Shown piece after piece: positions 50,833 through 58,811 of a stretch of DNA of 58,811 nucleotides; the first letter of the stretch is position 1, and every line of letters begins with the position of its first letter. The stretch is taken from the NCBI RefSeq assembly GCF_001194135.2, contig NC_069005.1, forward strand, positions 27,238,204 through 27,297,014, in the 5' to 3' direction. This stretch comes from Octopus bimaculoides. Its lineage: Eukaryota. A model generated the notes under the pieces. It was not told the origin of the DNA. It ran no database searches and was given only the letters and a program-made list of their open reading frames with translations. Position numbers and translations under genes: made by a program.

Positions 50833-52323
50833 GTTTACAACGGGATGCCATACACCGGAAATCAGTTTCAGGCAAGATGAGACAACTCTCGGCGTACTTC
50901 TAGAAGTGGGACTTCCTTCCAGATTTTGTTTCATTATAACTTACAGAAAAATTGATATTCTTTGAATGAATTTTTTTTTACAAATAATCTACCCTGTAAA
51001 TAACAAATTTTCTCTCTGTATAACAAGCTCAAAAGAAAAGTTCACTATTGGCAGATTTTTATTAAATAATTATATTTTTGCTTTGTTTTTCGTCTACAAT
51101 GAAAACTGTGGAGGCGCAATGGCCCAGTGGTTAGGGCAGCGGAATCGCGGTCATAGGATCGCGGTCTCGACTCCCAGACCGGGCGCATGTACAAATATGC
51201 GTGTTCTTTGTGTTTGCATTTGTCTACCATCACTCCTTGATAACCGGTCTATTTGTTTATGTCCCGTAACTAAGCGGTTAGTCAAAAAGCAGCTGATAAA
51301 ATAAGTACTGNNNNNNNNNNNNNNNNNNNNNNNNNNNNNNNNNNNNNNNNNNNNNNNNNNNNNNNNNNNNNNNNNNNNNNNNNNNNNNNNNNNNNNNNNN
51401 NNNNNNNNNNNNNNNNNNNNNNNNNNNNNNNNNNNNNNNNNNNNNNNNNNNNNNNNNNNNNNNNNNNNNNNNNNNNNNNNNNNNNNNNNNNNNNNNNNNN
51501 NNNNNNNNNNNNNNNNNNNNNNNNNNNNNNNNNNNNNNNNNNNNNNNNNNNNNNNNNNNNNNNNNNNNNNNNNNNNNNNNNNNNNNNNNNNNNNNNNNNN
51601 NNNNNNNNNNNNNNNNNNNNNNNNNNNNNNNNNNNNNNNNNNNNNNNNNNNNNNNNNNNNNNNNNNNNNNNNNNNNNNNNNNNNNNNNNNNNNNNNNNNN
51701 NNNTCTGTACAACACTCCTTTATATAAATCCGTGCTATTGGCCCACACCAGCCACATAAAGTGGCGGACTAGTAGTAGAATCGTAAGCACGTTGGAAAAA
51801 ATACTTAGCGGCATTTTTTTCCGGGTTTACCTTCTGTAATTCAAATGCCACCAAGGGCAACTTTGCCTTTCACCCTTTCGGGGTCGATAAAATAAGTACC
51901 AGCTGAGCCCTGGGATCGATGTAATCGACTAGCCTCTTCCTCAAAATTTCAGGCCTTATACCTATAACAGAAATAATTATTTCGTAACTACACAGCACTA
52001 CGGTAAAAGAAATAATGGCGGGAAATGGGTAGGCCGTACAAACAGGAAGTTGCCAGCAGCTGTTTCATATCTTTGAATACATTTCGAATATTCTTTGCAT
52101 GTGCGTTACTATTTATTTCTCTGTTACGATCGAAGGCCTGTGTTATTCTTTAAAACATAATTACACCTCAATTTTGTTTGATCCTTTTATTATTAGCGTT
52201 GAAGATAAATTTAATACTAAAGTTTAAATTATTAAAGGAAAAAAAAAACGTGTTTATTAGGTACACAGCGACAATAATTTAAGCGTTATTTTCTTTTCAT
52301 AATTCCATTCACATCTAGACTGC

Positions 52324-52439
52324 TTATAGAAATAATTTCCTTGTGTTCACAAAGTTTTGGGGGAAAGTATTGGTTGGACCACGATATGAATACTCCTTGA
52401 CCTCTTCAGGTGGACCATTCCAAGAAGGGAAGAAATCAA
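52324..52439 (-). CDS. Possible terminal exon of an unidentified gene
   Basis: ttatag acceptor; (V)DFFPSWNGPPEEVKEYSYRGPTNTFPQNFVNTRKLFL-TAA; AATAAA at 52253-52258 (-). No homology recognised. Confidence 0.35.
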
Positions 52440-53234
52440 CTATAATAAGTTAACTTCGGAGTCACTTCCGAGTTGAAAAGTCAAAAACTGAGGTCTAATT
52501 AAGATTTAAAGAAAGACGAAAGTATTTAATAATAAAAAGTGAATTGATGGAACTCGTAAGTGTGTAACCATGTTGATATGTTTTTCAAATTGTGATATGA
52601 AATAACTGCGTAGTAAATTTACCGACAGTTTTGTGATGGTGTTTGCTATTTCCCGCCGTTATGTTAATTTCTAACTATTTCTTTATATGGATGATACTAT
52701 TGTAATTATGAAATAATAAAATGAGGAAAAAAAGTGAATACGTAAATTAAGGGATTATGTGCAGAATGAAAGCGAAATTGGCCTTTTCGGGATTTTAAAC
52801 TATGAGAGTTGGAACAAATACTGCCGGTAGTAATATTAAATCAGATTTGGCTAAAATCTTAATTTATCGATCCCTGAAGCAGTCCACGACTGGATTTGAA
52901 CCCAGAACGTTAGAGGGGCCGTAAGGAAATACGTCCAGGTATTTTGATGGATACTAACGAATCTGCTAACCCACCGTCCTTAAATGATTGGTTTCATTCT
53001 CCGTAATTTTTTTTTTCAGTTTTATTATTAAATACTGATTAAGTTTATTTTTTTAATATTATCGTTTAATAAGGAATCAATAAAAGAATGTAATCATTCA
53101 ATAATGAAAGGTAAATTAATTATGAAACGGGGTCTACTGTTGTCCCTTAGCCCTAAGTCAACCCCAAGGGGAAAAAGAACCTGGTCAAAACTGCTCCAGC
53201 AATGACAGTTCGAAACACATTGTCAGTGCATAGG

Positions 53235-53455
53235 GGTACTACTAAAGCAGCGCGGACCCGAACGCGCTAGCTAGTCTTGAGTGGTCGATCCTAACCCTAA
53301 CCCTGTCCCTAACCCTAACCCTATCCCTAACCCGCGTGTGCAAATGAATACGTGTTTAGGGTTAGGAATAGGGTTAGGGTTAGGATCGACCACTCACGAC
53401 TAGCTAGCGCGGACGCGCGACTGCGCTTTCGGGTCCGCGCTGCTTTAGTAGTACC
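53235..53455. mobile_element. 221-bp palindromic MITE with telomeric repeats and a 9-bp TSD (Mutator-like)
   Basis: TIR GGTACTACTAAAGCAGCGCGGACCCGAA at both ends; inner arms GCTAGCTAGTC.TGAGTGGTCGATCCTAACCCTAACCCT inverted; GTGCATAGG duplicated at 53226-53234 and 53456-53464. Confidence 0.88.
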
Positions 53456-56400
53456 GTGCATAGGTATGGCCACGTCATCCAATTTGTCTGGCTTTTAAAG
53501 ACGGTTAAACATAAGTCGAATGACATTTGGCTGCTATTTTTAGCATGTCTACGTAGACGTGGATGGTCCCTATGCTGTACAGTAGTGCCAACATTCCATA
53601 TGGGTTGTTAATACTGGGTGGGGTATTTATTATTCACTCCCCTAAAATTCCTGGCCTTGTGCTAAAATTTGTAGTCAATATTAGGGGTATAAAGGCGGTC
53701 AGCTGACACAATCCTTAACACGTCGGGCAAAATGCTTAGCGACATTTCGTCCGTTTTTACGTTCTGAATTCAAATTATGCTGGGGGTCGATAAAATAAGT
53801 ACCAGTTGAACACTGAGGTCGACGTAGTTGACTGACCCCTTCCCCAACATTGCTGGCCTTGTACCAAAACTTGAAATCAATATTAGGAGGGGGCATGTGC
53901 ATCAAAATGTTCTTCTCTTCCTAAAATACGGGGGTGATACATGTGGGAAAGCAAACGAATATAGATGGAAACAGGAAGTCATTGGGATGGTGAACAAATG
54001 AAACCAAATATTTGAACGTCGTTAAACTGACTTTTGTTTTGATCACAAACTCGCCGGCTTCGCTTTCCAATCCTTGCATATTGATCAAATACCATCAATA
54101 CGCTACGTCGATTCGATTACTTATAACCCCAGCCTATCCCCATTTATCTCAAACATTATCCCTGCGCTCTGGAGAAAAATCGGCTGTTGATTCATTCACA
54201 TTCACACCTCTGCTCATTTTTAAACCAATTAATGGAAATACTCTGACCCACTGTTCTCCATCTCCAAATTACGAAGAGAACTGCGCACACATTCTCCTAC
54301 TAAAAATATAAATTTTGAAATAACTTCAATTTATAATTTTTACACTGCATATAGCCACTGACAGAAGTACCGCTGTTTCTTTTCTTCACTTGCGACAGGA
54401 GTGGCAATTAAATTCAAAAGGTATATATCACAGAACAAACAGTACATAACAGTCCAGTGTGTTCCAGCAATTCTACCTTCTAATACTTTATTTATCGATG
54501 AATCTAACCTTATGCTTCTCCAAAGCATTTTCATAAGTTTGTCCTGAACGTTCATGCTTGATTTTCAAACTTATAGTTAACGCCTATTTCAAACTTTCTG
54601 AGTAATAAAGCTGAACGTTCATAAGTCTTGAGTTACTCCAGTAGTCGAAAAAAAAAATGTGTTTGATGTGGGGACCCCAGGGAAATATGTCCTATATATC
54701 ACATGTGGTACAAAGGATATATTGCTTAGTCAAAAAAAAGTTATTGTTAACCTCTGAGAGCGCAGTAACAACTCTACTAATCAGCAGCCCTTAGGAACGA
54801 AAGAAAAAGTTAAAACGAAATCAACATAGTACCAGCAACACAAGTACAGATGATATGACTAAGTGGGTGTTACTCGATACAGATTATATGTATTACACAA
54901 ATTCAGCATGAAATAGAATATAAGCAGAATCTAAGAATTCGTTTCGACCTGTTACTAAAATAGAAAACAGCTTTTAATTCGGGGTTTTCGTTGCGTCGTA
55001 AGGGATTAGGTTAGTAACCAAGTTATTGTAGCAGACATGATCAGACACATTCTAATGACGACCTTATATCTTTTATTTAAACAGTATATCCAGGACTACA
55101 ATGAATCAAATGTATTCCTATTTGTTTGTTTGATTCCAGATCAAGGATTTTAACACCTGTGGTCATACATATTTTATTCCGACAACGTTTCTAGATTACA
55201 TTAATGTATCTTTTTTTCAAGTCTGCCATGGTCCAATAGACTTGTGATCGAAGGTATTCCAGTCGCGATCATATTGTTTTATTCAGAGATAGTGCATCTA
55301 GGATTACATTATTTAATGTAACTTTCCTTTAATTAAGAGAGTAGGTATTTGAAGATTTTGTAATGCTATCCGGGGTAGATCGAAAAATCACAGTAGTAGT
55401 AGTAATAGCTGTTGTCGTTTAACCCCAGGTCAACCATGGTTAAACAGACATCATCAAAGGAACCATCTCTTCTTTTTCTGCGTGCAAGGACCCCACGACC
55501 GCACCATTCTAAGTGCCCTTTATTTTTATAATGCAATAGGGTATACCTACCCGATGGAGCAACCATATAGGGGCTAGCCTTGTTAGCTCAAGTAGTAATA
55601 GTAGTAGTAATAGTAGTAATGGTAGCAGTAACTAACTTACTTCTACTGCTTGTTCACAATAAAAATTTTGTCGAAATTCAAGAAAAAACGAGTATTGTGC
55701 AGACCCAGGTCAGAACTGATAGAGCAGACCTATGGTCAAAAATATTCCAGTTATGACCACAATGTCTTGCTAAAGGTATCTGGGACTACGTTGTCCGATC
55801 TGTCTTTGGTATCGTTTCTTAGACAGCAGGGGGAATATGGCTGCTATTTTTAGCAAGTTGAGCAACCACGTATGCGGCGGGTTCCACGTTCGCCGAAACA
55901 GTGTGTGTGTGTGTGTGTGTGTTAAAAGCCGATAGAGGAAAGGGGTTGCTTCTATGTGGTGGCTCTATCTGTTAGAAATAATAACGGGATTCTTTTGATC
56001 ATAATGACTGAAACAAGTAAAAGATAAAAGATAAAAATAAATAAAATTAAAGATGTTTTCAACATGTTTCTGCATGTTTTTATTTTAAACGCACACACAA
56101 TGAGAGCCTCCTCCTCTCCTCTTTACCTATCAACCTACCTAGGTACATACATAAGTTTAGTGATACAGACAGGAAAACAAGCCTTGTGCTTATTACTATA
56201 AGCACAAAGCCTGAAATTTGGTGGGAGGGTTTAGTTAATTACATCGACACCAATGCTTGACTGCTACTTAATCTATTAAACTCAAAAGGACAAAAGGCAA
56301 AGTTGGTGATGGTATTTTCTGCTAAACACTCAAGAGATATTTTGATAAGACTGTATAATTTTCAACAAACAACTGCGTAATCCTATCAGTTGAAAAGTCA

Positions 56401-56894
56401 AAACACGTGTTTTAATAAAGCAGAAAATATCAAGTATATTATCTGTATTTCATTAAGACTGTTATGTAGTTTATAGTCTATACAGTAGTCATCTGATGGT
56501 TTCTTGCTACCCCCCCACCACTACCACCACCAACCTTAACCATGCTGGATACAGGAGTGAGATATGGGCTGTACTATGTGTGTGTGTGTGTGCGGGTGAC
56601 ACGTAAAAGCACCCACTACACTCTCGGAGTGGTTGGCGTTAGGAAGGGCATCCAGCTGTAGAAACTCTACCAAATCAGATTGGAGCCTGGTGTTGCCATC
56701 CAGTTTCACCAGTCCTCAGTCAAATCGTCCAANNNNNNNNNNACTCTCGGAGTGGTTGGCGTTAGGAAGGGCATCCAGCTACCAAATCAGATTGGAGCCT
56801 GGTGTTGCCATCCAGTTTCACCAGTCCTCAGTCAAATCGTCCAACCCATGCTAGCATGGAAAGCGGACGTTAAACGATGATGAAGATGATGATG

Positions 56895-56926
<32 letters not shown>

Positions 56927-57920
56927 TATATATAGGTGCAGGCATGGCTGTGTGGTAAGAAGCTTGCTTCCCAACCACATGGTTCCAGGTTCAATCTCAC
57001 TGCATGGCATCTTGAGCAAGTATCTTCTACCATAGCCTTGGACCAACCAAAGCCTTGTGCATGGATTTGGTAAACGACAAGTGAAAGAAGCCTGTCATAT
57101 ATATATATGTATATATATGTATATATATATATATATATAATCCAAGAGAGTTAGGGGTTGAGGATCCAACCCACTAAGGGATAATATCTGTCCAATATAC
57201 TGCTGGGAGGGTACCCAATAATTGTTACACTAGTGTTATACCAAGTGCAATAAGTGGGTGTGGGTAAAAGGTTTTTTTTTTAACCTAAATTTATATAGCA
57301 AATATATATATGTATATATTTATGTGTGTGTTTGTCCCCCTTGCCATTGCTTAACAACCGATGCTGGTGTGTTTACATCCCCGTAACTTAGCGGTTCGGC
57401 AAAAGAGACCGATAGAATAAGTACTAGGCTGACAAAGAATATATCCTGGGGTTGACTTCTCCAACTATAACCCTTTAAGGTGGTGCTCCAGCATGGCCAA
57501 AGTCAAATAACTGAAAGAATAAAAGAATATGTAGATGTATATATATATATATATAAACACTCGAGTAATAGTCAATCTCATGTAAAAGTTGACCCCTATT
57601 TTGGGCCAAAAAATAGAGAATTTTCTATAGACTCTGTATAAGTGTTGACTCTAGTATTTCACAAACAACGGGACAACATTTGTGGGCCAAGGTATCGTAT
57701 TATCCTGTACATAGAAATAACATTGTTACAAAATTGTGTGCCTACTTTACTGTAGCCTTTTCTATAGAGAGAATGCTTGATGCTTGTAATGGAATGTCTG
57801 GCTCTTATACAGTAAAACACCATTCAATAGCGAGCACTACACATCTGTTGATGGGTGCGAAATAACCGTTACTAAAATGTATGCACAGGATATGCTGCAA
57901 GTCTGCATACATCTTGAAGC

Positions 57921-58281
57921 ACAATAAACACATGCATCATACACTTGTTTACATAATTAGAAACGTGTTTCACAGACAGCACTATTGGTGAACACAGGCA
58001 AACACCACTGTCTGAATTGGTACAAAGGCATGACTTTGATGAGCCTAAAAACATTCAATTAATCACTAGATCAGTGGTACCCATGAGACCTTTATATTTT
58101 TCTCATCTCCAAATACAATAAACACACGTGTCATATGCTCGTCTGTTTACATGGTGCGAGACGTGTTTCACAGCCAACACTATTGACGAACAACAGCAAA
58201 CACCACTGTAAGAATTCATAGAGAGGCATTACTTTGGTAAGCCTAAAGACATTTAGTTAATTGCTAGATCAGTGGTTCCCA
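57921..58281 (+). repeat. Diverged tandem duplication (about 57921-58083 and 58115-58281)
   Basis: Shared ACAATAAACAC..GTTTACAT..ACGTGTTTCACAG..CACTATTG..GCAAACACCACTGT..GCCTAAA.ACATT..CTAGATCAGTGGT.CCCA. Confidence 0.7.
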
Positions 58282-58357
58282 AACGTTTTGCTACAAAATC
58301 CTTTAAAAACTTTCATGGAAACCTAGGGTTTTGCAGAACACATTTTGGGAATCCCTG
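58270..58357. mobile_element. Short hAT/Charlie-like MITE
   Basis: Termini CAGTGGTTCCCAAA and TTTGGGAATCCCTG; only a partial 8-bp flank match (TGCTAGAT vs CCCCAGAT). Confidence 0.5.
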
Positions 58358-58537
58358 CCCCAGATTAACAACTCCACACCACACTATGGACATTTACTGA
58401 TACCTGCACATATGAGAGCTACGCGGTCTTGTTTATGGGTTTTCTTATTTACTAGGACAGGAGTTTTGATACATAGAATTGGTAATATTACTGTAATTTA
58501 TTGTGTTTTTGTTTTTATTTGCATATAGATTAGTTGG

Positions 58538-58811
58538 GGAGGCGCAATGGCCCAGTGGTTAGGGCAGCGGACTCGCGGTCATAGGATCGCGGTTTTGATT
58601 CCCAGACTGGGCGTTGAGTCTTTATTGAGCGAAAACACCTAAAGCTCCACGAGGCTCCGGCAGGGGATGGTGGCGAACCCCTGCTGTACTCTTTCACCAC
58701 AACTTTCTCTCACTCTTACTTCCTGTTTCTGTTGTGCCTGTAATTCAAAGGGTCAGCCTTGTCACACTGTCTCACACTGAATATCCCCGAGAACTATGTT
58801 AAGGGTACACG
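58538..58811 (+). mobile_element. SINE family A, cut off by the window end
   Basis: GGAGGCGCAATGGCCCAGTGGTTAGGGCAGCGGACTCGCGG head and family A body. Confidence 0.85.

Noticed and set aside
460-51814. Many long ORFs in the track that contain X runs or (YI)n/(CV)n text
   Set aside because: They are artefacts of N gaps and TA/TG microsatellites, not proteins.
52015-52060. ATGGCG start-like/YY1 motif and ETS-like CAGGAAGT, suggesting a divergent gene
   Set aside because: The frame closes after 5 codons and no downstream + strand exon chain was found.
55366-55566. WCGRG motif reminiscent of the group III phospholipase A2 calcium loop
   Set aside because: No other PLA2 motif (CCR.HD) nearby, and the ORF runs into repeat sequence.
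56626-56830. Apparent tandem duplication inside a family B copy
   Set aside because: Straddles a 10-N gap; probably allele or overlap mis-assembly. The same applies to 32143-32240.

Overview
AT-rich, gapped eukaryotic genomic DNA. The repeat content and microsatellite load suggest an octopus scaffold (inference). Three spliced genes can be reconstructed with in-phase GT-AG junctions. (1) A very large + strand gene (exons 7818-28373, roughly 3,400 aa if the internal gap is coding) has an N-terminal TASOR/TEX15-type DUF3715 PARP-like domain, a long low-complexity region and an unrecognised helical C-terminal block. (2) NDUFS6 (- strand, 4 exons, 147 aa) has two of its four canonical zinc ligands replaced by Ser and carries a C-terminal extension. 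(3) ICT1/MRPL58 (- strand, 6 exons, 212 aa) has an intact GGQ motif. A possible last exon of a fourth gene lies at 52324-52439 (-). Introns and intergenic DNA hold several tRNA-derived SINE families, Tc1/mariner, piggyBac-like and hAT-like remnants, and two related TIR elements with telomere-like CCCTAA repeats. Several duplications beside N gaps are probably assembly artefacts. No CRISPR, rRNA or convincing functional tRNA was found. Family assignments rest on recalled motifs, not on database searches.
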